Shown here piece by piece: positions 12,001 through 25,600 of a stretch of DNA of 64,000 nt. The DNA comes from Chrysomallon squamiferum (taxonomy: Eukaryota; Animalia; Mollusca), in NCBI GenBank assembly GCA_012295275.1, contig CM022670.1, positions 16,058,001-16,122,000 of the forward strand, in the 5' to 3' direction. A program made the position numbers and the translations under genes. The notes under the pieces were generated by a model. The model did no database searches, had not been told where the DNA came from, and saw only the letters and a list, made by a program, of their open reading frames with translations. Numbering within the stretch: position 1 is the stretch's first letter; the number at the start of each line of letters is the position of its first letter.

Positions 12001-15000
12001 TTTTCTTTCTTTTTCTCTGTCTGTCTCTCTCTCTCTTTTCTTTTCTTTATTTTAAGTCAATAATACATTACTTTCTCTTTTTAAAATGTAAATCAGAAAC
12101 CTGTTGTTTTTAATAAAAATGCAAATGCAGGAATAATGACACTGGTTTAGATAAGAGGGATTGATATACAAAGTGAAATGAAATACACTAATATTTAAGC
12201 CAGTTTACAAGTTTAGATACAGGAACTATGAGTTTACACTGAATTATATTAGTTAACAAAATTTAAAATTAAAATCTTATTTCTGTATTTCTGTGAAAAA
12301 TGTAAAAAATATACATTAATATTTTTTTTTTTTTTATATATATATATAAATTACACAAATGTGTATCCTTTATCATCTAAACAACAAAGGTGTATATACA
12401 TAAATATTTAATTTTCTTGTAAATTATTTTTAATTTTTTTTAGAAAAACCATATAACAAAGATTGATTAATTTAGCAAGTTGACATGTCTTATTTTTTTT
12501 TTTTAAATATGTAAATAGTAAATTATTTGTTAATTAACACTATGCATCATCTCACTGTGATTAATAAATTAGTTTCAAACCAGTCTTTAATTTCCTCTGA
12601 ATAAAAAAAAATTAAAAATTTTTTTTTTTTTTTTTTTAAATTAAATTAATATTTATTTTACTGCAAATTAATATAACTTAAATTCAACTGTTTTACTCTT
12701 TTTATATTATTTATTTATTTACTTGTTTAAAATTAAACATACAATGGAAAATGACAAAATTAAAATAAAATGATTTTTTACAGTATTTATAAAAACAACA
12801 CTTATAATTCTTTTCAGTAAGATGTACTTATAATAACATTAAAAAAGACAAGATTTAATATTTTTATAAATTATCAAATACCTAACTGGTGATATAATTT
12901 GAAAATATTATTTAAGTACATTCCATGTTAAAGAATCAAATATAATGATTTAAGAAAAAAAAAAAAAAAAAACATCTTTATTACATTTTTTAATTTATGA
13001 ATTTATATTTTGAACAAAATATCTATACCTTTTTGCTGTAACTACTTCTTTTATTTTTTATTATTATTATTTTTTTTAATAATAATCTAGTAATACAGAG
13101 AATCTTTTCATTATTTATTTGAATTTATTCATTTTAAATCTGCATCTAAAATATCTCACATTCTGTAGTCTTGAAATAACCAGAAAGAAAATATTTCAGA
13201 GATTACCAAAATTACATTAAGATATTTTAAAATTTGTGCATGCAGAAAGTTCAGAAATTGTTCATATTACTCGAAACAAATCATGAAATCTTCGATGATG
13301 TTGGATTTATCTGTTGGTTTAGGAATGTCAGGAGTATAAAATCAGATGAAATATAAACAGTATTGTATTTAAATATGTACATGTATGTAAATAATAAAAT
13401 TTACTTTTCAATAACTGAAAATCACTGATATATATATATATATAAAACTTATAAACTTTACTTAATTTCTTTAAGTCATTTTTAAAATCCTTTTATTATT
13501 TTTTTTCTTGTAATAAAAGAAATCATTGTAACATAATCAGAAAACATAACTGGAAACTAAAACCTACAATTCCTTTGTTAAATTAATTATACAGCATGTT
13601 TATTCAATTTTAATTTTTGTTGAAGAAAAACCAATTTATTTTCATTAAACTTGAACATTTAAGCCTTTTTTTTTTTTAAATTTTTGGATGCATTTTGCTT
13701 CTTTCTTGCTCTCATACAGGACAAAGTAGTGTATAAATTTTGTGAGGAATGATCCCACTAGTTGTATTTGTAAAATAAGTTTGTACAGTACTGGTGCTAT
13801 ATCTTGTTATTGCTTTGTCGACATATACGTCTGTGAACTGCATGTAAAGTATGATATTTATGTATCGCAGTCTATCAGAGCAAACTGTGGCATTGAATAC
13901 CTTGCTGATATTGTCAATAAAAACATGGAAAACACTTTCTCAAGATTTATTTATCTGTTCATTCTTGCAGACTCGTAACAGTTTGCTTTATTCTTCAGTT
14001 TAAGAAAATAAGTTTTGTTTATTTCTCAAAGATTTGTTTATTTATTTATTCTTGCAGACTCATAAAAGTACATTATATTCTTCCATGTAAGATACTTTCT
14101 TATTTTGTATGACTTGATAGTTCTTTCAGTATTTAGATTTTATCTAAGGTAAAAATTCTTGTTTTTTATTATTACTTTATATTATTTATTTAAAAAAGAA
14201 AAGAAAATCATTTTCTAGCTTCTGCTTGATAGCCTGCAAGTTTTAGAAAACAGTTGTATGTTTGGTATTTTAATTAAAATATTCCGTTTTAAATTTACAT
14301 TTTAAAATATCTTATTTGCTATAAATATATAAATTTGTTTTAGTGTCAGTGTACAAACAGTTTATATTATAACAAGAACTGAGATTGATGTTGAGAACAA
14401 CAGTCAAAAGTAATTTAGTTTTATTTAACAGTGTATATTTTAAAATGTTCTCATAAAAGAATAACATGTTGAAAATCATGAAAACGAAATGAAAAACAAA
14501 AAAGCAGAAGAAAACAACAGTAATTTAGTTTTAGTTTTAAATTTTCCTGAAAGAGTTTAGTCAATAAATAATTAACAATTCACTAACAACAACACTGAAT
14601 GATATACATCAAGTTTACTATAGAGCAAATCTATTTTTAAAGAAAAGAGCAGATATTAGGTAATTAAAATAAAAAAGTGGACATTTTTGTAAAAGTAAAT
14701 AATAATACAAACAATAATAAAAAATCAATGTTAATAACATGAACAACAATTATAACAAACACAGTAGTTAATAATTAATTGGGTTTTTTTAAATTTAAAC
14801 AACATGAAATAATGATATTTATAATACTGTAGAAAAAGATTAATTTATTTAAACCAAAAAAAATGTATAAGACAATATCTTCATACTTGACTAAAACTAC
14901 TGTCTTTGTCTCATTTTGGTGTTCTAACAGAAAAAAGCAAAAACAATTTATACCATTTAGCAATCATTAAAACTTTTATCTTTATAACTGAAAAAAAACA

Positions 15001-15112
15001 AACAACAGTTAACAATAATTTAAATAATCTAATTGCACAAAGAAATGAAATTATAAAAACATATTAATTGGTAAATTTTAAATTAAGTACTAAAAAGCAG
15101 CAAATTTTGAAA

Positions 15113-18100
15113 TCAATTTTGTCCCCTGCTAGTTGGAAGTACAAAGTCTTGCAGAAATGAAACCAGGTCATCATGTTCTGTGTCAAGTTGAAGAAACTTG
15201 GATGTGATCATTTCACATCTGTAACAACAACAACACTGTAGTGTCAAAATATTTAATTACACAAACTCCAGTGTAAATTCCAGCTAAGTGTAATAATATA
15301 CAAAATCTTTCTCTTTGGATGTTTCATGAAATTTAGTTTTTAATTTAAAAGATTCAGCTAAATCCAACAAATCATTAAAAATATAAAAGCTTTTGTTTTG
15401 TAATAAAGACTTTTTTTTTTACAGTTTCTTATATCATTAGGTGTTTCAAATAATAAGCAGAAATAAACTGCATTTTATATATGAAAATATTGCATGGCAA
15501 GACAAATTATTCCAAAAGAAGAATTTGGTATTTAAATGCATCATCTGGCTTTGATTAATCCTGTACCTGGTTTTACCTTGTTTGTGATACCAAAATGTAA
15601 ATTTACCTTTTGTACTGTGTTTCTGCACTATCAGAGTCTATCCTGAGAATAGGTTTGTTGTGTCGATATAACTCCATTACCTACACAGGTAAATCAAACA
15701 TTCTAATTAATATCAAAATAAATTAAACAATCAAAATAAATGAATAAAGAATAGGTTTGTTATGTTGATGTAACTCCATTACCTAAACATGTAAAACAAT
15801 CATTATCTCTTCTAATTAATATCAAAATAAATAAGTAAAGAATAGTTTGTTGTGTCAGTATAACTCCATTACCTAAACATGTAATATAAACATTATCTCT
15901 TCTAATTAATATCAAAATAAATTAAATAATCAAAATAAATAAAGAAAGAATAGGTTTGTTGTGTTGATATAATTCTATTACCTACATAGGTGAAACAAAC
16001 ATTCTAATTAATATCAAAATAAATAAAATATTGATAATAATATTTTTAAAAAGAATGAAAGATAATAAGTAAAATATTTAAAATAAAGATATTTTTTTTA
16101 CACATACACACACCATGTTAATTTATATAAGTGTAGTTCTATATTGCAGTTCAGTATATTTTCTGTAATAAAAACTGTGTTGTTTCCAGTGATTAATTAA
16201 TATTATCTAAATTAATGATATAGAAAATGATGTATTATTAACAAAAATCTATGTTTTATTTTCTAACACTGTCACATATAGTTTTTTTTGGTTCAGATTC
16301 TATAAACGTCATCAAAAGTAATAAAAATATTTTTTATTACAGAAATAAACATTCATACATATCATCATGCAAAAGTTAATGAATGTTTAATAATAAATAA
16401 ACAAAAAACACAAAAGAAATACATTTATAACTTGATGTTAAATTAAAAAAATTAAGTATTTTATGTTGTGAACTTGATGTCTATTTTAAACTGATGTTAT
16501 TTTGTATATGAATTTTAAATTCTCGTCAGTAATTTTCATGACTTGTAATCTTTAAAAAAATATATCTTACATTATTTCAGTTTATCAATAAATAATCCTA
16601 ATTTTATTATTACAGTTTGAGAATCTCTTATCCAACATTTTTGGGACTAGACAAGTTTTAGATTTTGAAATTTTTATGATTTTTGGGATATAAGGAGATA
16701 GCCTGTGGATAGGATCTAAGTCTAAATACAGAATCTATTTATATTTCATACAGGGCTTATACCCTGCAGACGTTTTTACATAAAAATTTATATAAGCAAA
16801 ACAATCTGAAAACTTTAAGATATCAGAAGTTTTGGATTTTCAAGCTTTTCAGATTTCAGAATTTAAGATAAGGGATCCTTAACCGGTATTAATAACTTTT
16901 ATTATTATTATTATTATATTAGATATATGAATTCTGCAAATGTTTCTGCTATAGACCGAAATACAGACCTTCTCACTTCTCTCAATAATGGTTTTTGGTA
17001 AACCAGCTTGTTCTGCAACATGCAAAGCATAACTGGATGTTGTGTGACCTTCAACCAGCTGATACAAAAATATCAGTTCTTTACCATTATGCATACTCTC
17101 CATTGTCTAAAATTAAAAAAAATTAAAAATGTTAAATCAAAAATAATTTCTTTAACAAAAACAATTTAAATAAAAAATATATTCAAATCTTGTATAAACA
17201 ATAACAAATTATTTTTTTTTTAAATTAAAAATTAGAATAAACAAATCTCAGGATTTATTAGTGAAACATCTATCTTTTAAGACAATAGTTAAATTGAGAT
17301 ATCTGAGTGACAAACTGATTTAATTGTAGTGTGTTATCTTCACCAGGTATTTCAGCTGGTTTATTTGAGTCACAAACTGATATAGTTACAGTGTGTTGTT
17401 TTTACCAGATATTTCAGTGACAAACTGATATAATTGTAGTGTGTTGTTTTTACCAGGTATTTCAGTGATAAACTGATATAATTGTAGTGTGTTGTTTTTA
17501 CCAGGTATTTCAGCAGGTTTATTTGAGTGAGATGACAAACCAGGATATGACAAACTTGTAATTGTAGTTATTTTTACCTGGTATTTGAGTGACAAACTGA
17601 TGTAATTGTAGTTATTTTTACCTGGTATTTGAGTGACAAACTGATGTAATTGTAGTTATTTTTACCAGGTATTTCAGCTGGTTTGACTCAGGTAGCAGAC
17701 TCTGGTGGATGATACTGTGGAAATGAGTACACACAAGAACATGTGGACAGACATCTCCTAGCAACAGCCAGTGTTTTAAACACGAAGTCAGCAGAGAAAG
17801 TCCATCAACCTGTATTTATTATGACATAAACAAATTATAGCAAGTTTCAACCACATCCTGAAAACTAAAACCAAACATAATTTGAAAACATACAATTTAC
17901 GAAAATATTATTTAAACAATATCTACTAAAAGGAAATGTACTGTCTTATAAATGTGATTTAAATATTTAAAAATACAGAAATATGTACAAAAAAAAAAGA
18001 AAGAAATACTAAATACAAATAAAATTAATTATTTATGAATAGAATTTAAATATTTATAAAAAAGAGATTTGTAAATGGATATAAAGAAAAAGTATAAAAA

Positions 18101-21100
18101 ACAAAAAACAAAAAAGAAAAAAAAGAAATTTCAATAGAAATAAACATAATTATTTATAAGTGTAATTTAAATATTTGTAAAAAGGGAGATTTGTAAATGG
18201 ATATAAAGAAAAAGTAAAAAAATCAAGATGGAAAATAACAGTAAACAATTATTAATAAATAAAATTTAAATATTTCTAAACAAGGAGATTTGTAAATGGA
18301 TATAAAGAAAAAGTATAAAATTTTCAAAACACAATTAAAAAACCCAACTTATTAATTTATAAATATAATTTAAATTTCTACAAACAGTAAAAATATATAA
18401 TGAAAAAGTATAAAATTTTCAAAAACTATGAAGGAAAAATAAATGCAAAAGATAATTACTGTTTCAGTTCCCTTTCCAAATTCATCCACAACCACCAGAG
18501 ACTGACTGGTGGCATTTCTTAGTGCATCTGACATCTGAATAAATAAATGTTTAATACTTTTATATCAGTAACTAAGAGAAAAAAGAAGACATTATTACTG
18601 AATAATTATTATCTCTTTAAAACCAAAATAAATACAAGTAAATGCAAGCAAATTAAAACAATATGGAGTAAACAGGTATGTCTAAATTAAAACAAATATG
18701 AAATGGGAATAATTAGGTACGGAAATTAATTCTTGTTTTAATACTTATATTTAAAGAAGCAAAGAATACCTTTAAAATGTGTTGGAATGATTTAATAACG
18801 TCAGAATGATACAAAAAATGGAGGCAAAGGTTAGAAAAACAAGTTGAGAAAACAGAGACCTGGTTTATGTCCAGCATGAACGTTGACAAGCCAACAGACA
18901 CACTATCCAAAGACTTGATTCGAGTGAAGATTCTGTCCACAGGGCCAATGGTTGCCTTTTCTGCAGGAACAAAGCTGCCAATGTGAGCCATGTACGTTAT
19001 CATAGCAACCTGTGTGATAAAGCAATTATTTCAGATCATTACAAGTATAATGATTCATCGTTGATGATTAAAGGAATAAAATTTGTTAGAAAGACCGAGG
19101 ATCAAAGACTTATCTGTGAAGCTAATCCTGTACAGATATATATACCTGTTTCAGGTAACAGCTTTTCCCACAAGCATTTGGTCCAGTCATTACTTTGATT
19201 TTACTGTGATTCTTTCCAGACTGAACATCATTTGGTACGTACGGACTGCAGCAGAGCTCTTGAAGAGGATGTCTGTGAAATAATTATGCAGATGTTTTAT
19301 AGATAACCTGTTTGCTGTAAATTTTAGCAAAATGTCTATAACAACTTACACTATGTAACCAATGACATAATCCAGAGTTAACATTAATCACAAATCTGAA
19401 TATCTTGTGGATTTCCCTTCCCAACACCACCCTAATACAAAAATCAAGTTTTAATGGCCACACTCCATTTTATCCCCAAAATGTCAAATTTCAAACAGCC
19501 ATATTTCCAAAACTGCTGGTCCTACAGAGGTAAAATTTTATACTGTGACATTTCAGACTAAAACAAATAGGTTTCCCTATCAAAATTCAAATCAAATTAC
19601 TATTTTCCATTTTATTGGGTGATCTAAGAAGGATCCTATTTAAAAAAATAATCACAATGTTAATAAATACATGTTTTAAACAAAATAATATGTTTTGGTT
19701 CAAGTTTAACAATTAAATCTAGGAAATTAGACAGTTATGACTTATATTTATCAATGTTTTAAATCTACATTATAAAATATATTAGTTAACTGTTTAAAAT
19801 ATTTGTCAGCTTCCAGTGAGACAGAGACTTACCGACCTGCATGTACGTCTATCACTGAATCTGTTACCAGCTCTGGACGGACATAACTGAATTCTTGTGC
19901 ACATGTTGCAAGTGCAGTCAAACTGAGAAGCAAGTAATTTAGTGACAACAAAACTTTAAAATATGCACATACATACAGACATACACACACAGAGATGTAT
20001 TAAATAACACAAATACTAAAGATTTAAACAACGTTAAATGTCTACTTAAAGAAACCACACTTTCTTACTAATAATGTTATTAAAGAATGCTGAAAAAGTT
20101 CTATCAGCCTGAGCCACCACATTTTATTGTCATAAAATTATAGATTTTACAGAATGGATAGTAATTGAAAAAACTAATTCATTTTATCCAAGATTCAATA
20201 AATAAAGACTTATTTTATGTCACTTGTTAAATACATGTTAAATTAAAAAACATATATAAAAAAAAAAAAAAAAAACATAAAATAAATAATAAATAATAAA
20301 TCAAAAGCAATATCATTAATTTATCATTTTAAAAAATTTGTCTAAAATTATATTCATATTTTAAAACAACTAGAACCGAAATAACAACTTAAAGAAACAT
20401 TCATATAATTCTGATGTAATGTTTAGTGTTGAATCCATCTTTTGTTTTAATCATTAAAAAATATCTTTCAAAATCTTGTTTACAAAAACAATGCATAATC
20501 AACTAGATTAATCATTATGATAATTATAATTTAAAAATAATAAAAAGATTATAATAAAATAATAAGAGTATTAATAATAATAAAATACAAAATAAATCAA
20601 ACCATCATTTTATTTTTAATTTTTTTAATTTCAAAAATATACAGTAATTTTAGAACTTAATCAAGAATGACCAGAATTTACAAATTATATTATTAACAGA
20701 TGGCAAATTAATAAAATCAAGCAGGAAAACAAGTATTTTTAGAATTTGTTTTTTAAAAAAGAGTATTTTAGATTTTGCTCTCACCAGTCAAGTTCAGCTA
20801 CATACTTCATCACATCAAGAATGACTTTGGAATGTTCAAGAATTATATTTTGTAACCTGTGCATAATACTTGTTTCCATATCTTTTAAAAAAAAAAAAAT
20901 TTTGCAAAGGGAGAACACATAATATATATAATAAATCATTAACATAAAATTATTAATTTGAAATTTAAAAACAAAATAAAAAATGATTAAAAACTTAGCA
21001 ATAAATTTTCAAAAATATAAAACTACATTTTCATTAAAAAATGAAACATCATATAATCATTATTATATACGTGTGTGTGTGTAAGAAGATTTCTAGATTA

Positions 21101-22617
21101 AATATTTGTTTCAGAAATACTCACCTGTAATCTCACACAGTGTATCCCCAAACAGACTATCAAGTTCTGAAAACAAAATTTTACATTAATTTATACATAA
21201 AATAATAATAATAAATAAATAAAGTGATGCAATATATATATATATTGTTGTCATTTTTTAAATCACAGTTTTGTTATTTTTGTTATTTGATCATTTTTTA
21301 TTTTTTTTATTCTGAATAACAATGTAAGATTTAAGTAATGATTAATATTTTGATATATTTCATGTTTGAAACGTTCTAAACTACACAATAAATTTTAAAA
21401 AACAACACAATAAAACAAGCAAAATTATTCTGATGCAATTTTTAATATTGAAATCTTCATACAGATTAAGAACAAAAAGCTGTCTATCAAAATTAAAACA
21501 TAGATGTAATAATATAAAATCAACTAAATAACAACAACAATGATAAAAATATGATGATACATGAACAAAGGAGAAATTTATGATAATAATAATAATATGA
21601 TGATGATGATGCTGATGATGATAATTGAATTAAAATTTAAATAAATAAATAAACAAAAAACAAAAAAAAACACAATTAAGTAAAAGATTCAATAAAATAT
21701 AAACAAACCATAGCACAAACTGTTAATTAAAACAGTTAATTTTAACAAAAGGTGGCTGACTCAAAGTTAAATAAAACTTCATCTAAAAAGGTAAACTGTA
21801 AATACCTCTTGTTCTGGCATTTCTATAGTGCATCATGCCATTGGAACAAAACTTTAAAAATAATATTTATTTATTTTATTTTATTTTATTTATTATTTGG
21901 ATTTTGTTTTCTTCATCTTTTTCATATTATTATTTTATTATTAAATTAAAACATAGGGTTTTTTTTATTTTTTATATAAAGTAATAATATACATTATATA
22001 ATTTGATAAAAATCCTGCTTTACTTGTTATGAGTTATGAAAATGAAATAAGTTTAATCAAAAACAGAAATCTAATTAAAAAAATATTCTTGTGTGCATTA
22101 TGTAATTGTATTTTTACTTTTCTTTGTTTGTTTTTATACATGTTCTAAATTACATAAAACTGATCATCTTCATTAATAACATATAAAATATTACATAAAC
22201 CTTTTGATCTTTTATTGAAAAAAAAAATAAAAAATAATAATAATAATAAATATCTGTTATCATAAGCTTGAAAAATAATATTAGACTGAATATGAAATTT
22301 CCTTTTGATGAAAATCATGTTACAACAAAAATTCATGAAAGACTAAGGACATGGCAACTTTGCAGTAAAATATCCAGTTTACAAGGGAATTTTGTTTCCA
22401 TAATATAATAATGTAGAAAAATGTAAACATCCATCAATCGCCACGAGTTTGTTAATTTACAGTCTGGCTAAATCAACAGCAAAGACTAGGTGTTAATAAA
22501 AACAATTAACATTCATACTGACCTAAGGTCATCATATATATATATATATATATATATAGTGACTGTAGTTCATTATGTACATTTATTTATTTTATTAGCA
22601 CCTAGTCTTTGCTGTTA

Positions 22618-22655
<38 letters not shown>

Positions 22656-25600
22656 ATTTTGATGTCTTAATTAGAGAAATCACAATTTTTTTCTCTCATA
22701 CTCACAATAAATTCCATGTCTGGAAGGTCAAAATCTTCTTCAGTTTTGTCCTTTGCAGGAACTGCCAAAAGATAACCTATCTAAAAAAGAGAGAAAGTCA
22801 TTCTGCTGGAAAGATCTCGAAATGTCTTTCATTTATGAGATATTAGAACTGAGGAGGGGGGGAAAAAACATTGTCTATTTTTGTAAAAAGGAATTATATA
22901 CATTATATAATTTGACAAAAAGAAATTAAAAAAAGAAAAGAAATTGAATATTATATTTTTATATAAAAGAGTAAAACAAAATGGATATATTTTTATAAAA
23001 TGAAATTTTAAAATTGTATACATTTCAGAAAAAGGAATTTTAAAATATCTGTATATTTTAATAAAAAGAAATTTAGTAAATGTTTATTTTTATAATACAT
23101 TTTAAAAATTCTTTTTTATTTTTATTAATAATGCAATATAGATTAATTAATAATTCATCACCTTATTAAGAAAAAGGTCATAAATGACTGTTTCATCCAA
23201 AACTCTTTTTTTTCTTCTTTAGAATGATCAGTGATATTATACAATTTCTCATCTCTCTCAATCAACATGTTTCTTTATTTTGTTTGCCTAATTTGTGAAA
23301 AATTGCTATAAGGCTTTTCACCTACTTTCTGAAAACTCTTGAAATGTCATTCAAAACATTTTCTTAATAAGATAACAAAAAGTAAGATAAGGTTGTTTCT
23401 TTTTGAGGTTTACTTGAGGTAGGTATGTTATGTTACATTCAGTGATTTCCTCACTCAATTTGTTCAGTTCTTCTCTGGCTACTTTAGACATGAAGTCTGG
23501 TAATCCATTATAAAATCTTTTCTCTGCAGAATATAATTCTCACAGTTAATTTTTAAAAAAAAAAAAATGATAATAATAGTGTTATAGATCAAATAACAGC
23601 TGCAATATAAAATTTGTAAATTACTTAGTATATAATAATAAGTTTATTCTTCATGATACCCAATCTGTCTCAAATCAAATTTATCTTAATAAATTCATGT
23701 TGTAAAAAATATCTATAAATATTTAAAAAACTGAAAATAATGTTATAGACCAAATTTTTTTTATAACAGTTTTATAACAATATAAAATAAAATTTAAAAA
23801 TGTGTATATTATTTACTATGATTTAACAGGTTCATTCCTCAGGATACACAATTAGTCTAAAACATAATTTATCTTAATAAATTTCTTTTTGTAAAAAATA
23901 TGTATAAAATAAATATATAATAAATTAAAAATAATGTTACAGAATAGTCCAAAATTTACATTAATAGTAACTATATGAAATGAAATTTTAAAATATGTAA
24001 ATTATTTAGTGAATTCATTCCTCCAGACACACAATCTATCTCAAATATAATTTATCTTAATAAACTTATTTGGTAAAATAAACTCAAAATATCAATGAAA
24101 AGTTTTTATTAATAAAAAAAAATACTAACTTTTGTCCAGTTCAGAATCCACATTTGGCTTGACAACAAATCTGTTTTGTGAAACTGACTCTTCAAAGTCA
24201 ACCTGTTAAAATATATCTCAGCTTTAACATCAACTCATAAAAATATAGATATTCTTATAGCATCTTGAGCCACTAAAATATGCATTAAAAGAAAGAATTA
24301 TCAAAAATAACTAGAGACATGAAGTAATAACAAAGAAAACAAAATATATATTAATATCATATCATGAAAGTCTGAAAAATCATAGCTATAATTATTTTAA
24401 CAGATAACCTAAATCATACGTTGATTATTAAATACTTACAATTTTAGTAATCAAAGAGACAATACGATAAAGATCTGAAGTAAAAGTCTCACTTATCTAC
24501 AAGTAAAAAATAATAAAAGTTTATCTCTCATCTGCAAGAAAACCATAAACTCAGATTATACACTAACGTTATTAAATAAACTAGCTCAACAGAGAAAATA
24601 ATTAAAACAAAACTAGTTATCTGAAAAACAAAATCTTTGTTAATTCACATACACAATCATAATTTCTTAATATTAATTTAAATAATGATTAATATTTAAA
24701 TGTATGCATGTTTGAAACAAATCTAAATTATACACATATAGTATAAAAATAATAATAATAGAATTACATGCAAATTATTCTGATTTTGAAATCTTCCTTT
24801 ATTTTACAGATGTATTTATTTTATTTTATTTATTTTTTTAATATGTGGTTTTGTGTCGTTTTTTATTATTATTATTATTTATTTTAGCTTTATTAAAAAT
24901 ATATAATATTCCAAAGTGGAATTATTATAAAATATGATAAGATGCAGTTGCATAAAATATTTATGTTTATTTTCTTACTACCTTCTTGAAGATTTCAATA
25001 TTCTGTGGCAAAGATCTACAAGTATCCCCAATACATATTGCATGGTAAACAGTCTGCAAAACACATTATTATTATTAACATAACAAAACAAAAGGAATAT
25101 ATGTTGCAAATTTAGGAAACCATACATTAAATGAAAATAAAAATACTGCACAAATTGTAAATAAAATCTATAAATATTCAAACAAAAAATTTAAATTTAA
25201 TCTTTGTGCAAAAAAGGACTGTATTTGTTTATCTTTAAAAAACATTAAGTAAGATAAATAATATATTAATATTTTTGAAAAAAATGCAACATTTTACTTC
25301 ATTTGACAAAACCATGTGAACATAAGAATGTTTCTGTTTTGCCACTTCTTTAGTTCTTGTGTAACAATTTTTAAATTTTTTTAAATGGATATTAACTGAG
25401 ATATTAAATAATTCATCAAACATAAAACTAAAACAAACAAATATTATTAAAAAAAATTAAAAAACGAAAATCAGAACAGACCTTATACATTGTCTGCCAG
25501 TCTCCAGTACTGGCCTGGGACTGCAACATTCGAGAAAGTATCCTCTAAAATTAAAACCAATAATTATTATTATTATTATATATTTATCTTTCCTCTTTTC

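Noticed and set aside
9012-15112. 6 kb between the convergent Ror and MSH5 3' ends, searched for a hidden gene or ncRNA
   Set aside because: No credible exon chain, tRNA or rRNA; most likely a long Ror 3' UTR plus AT-rich spacer, with only a small tandem duplication at about 13935-14070.
19380-19640. TE-like tract (CAAATTTCAAACAGCCATATTTCCAAAACTGCTGGTCCTACAGAGGTAAAATTTT) in an MSH5 intron
   Set aside because: Looks like a decayed DNA-transposon interior, but I could not identify TIRs or a TSD.
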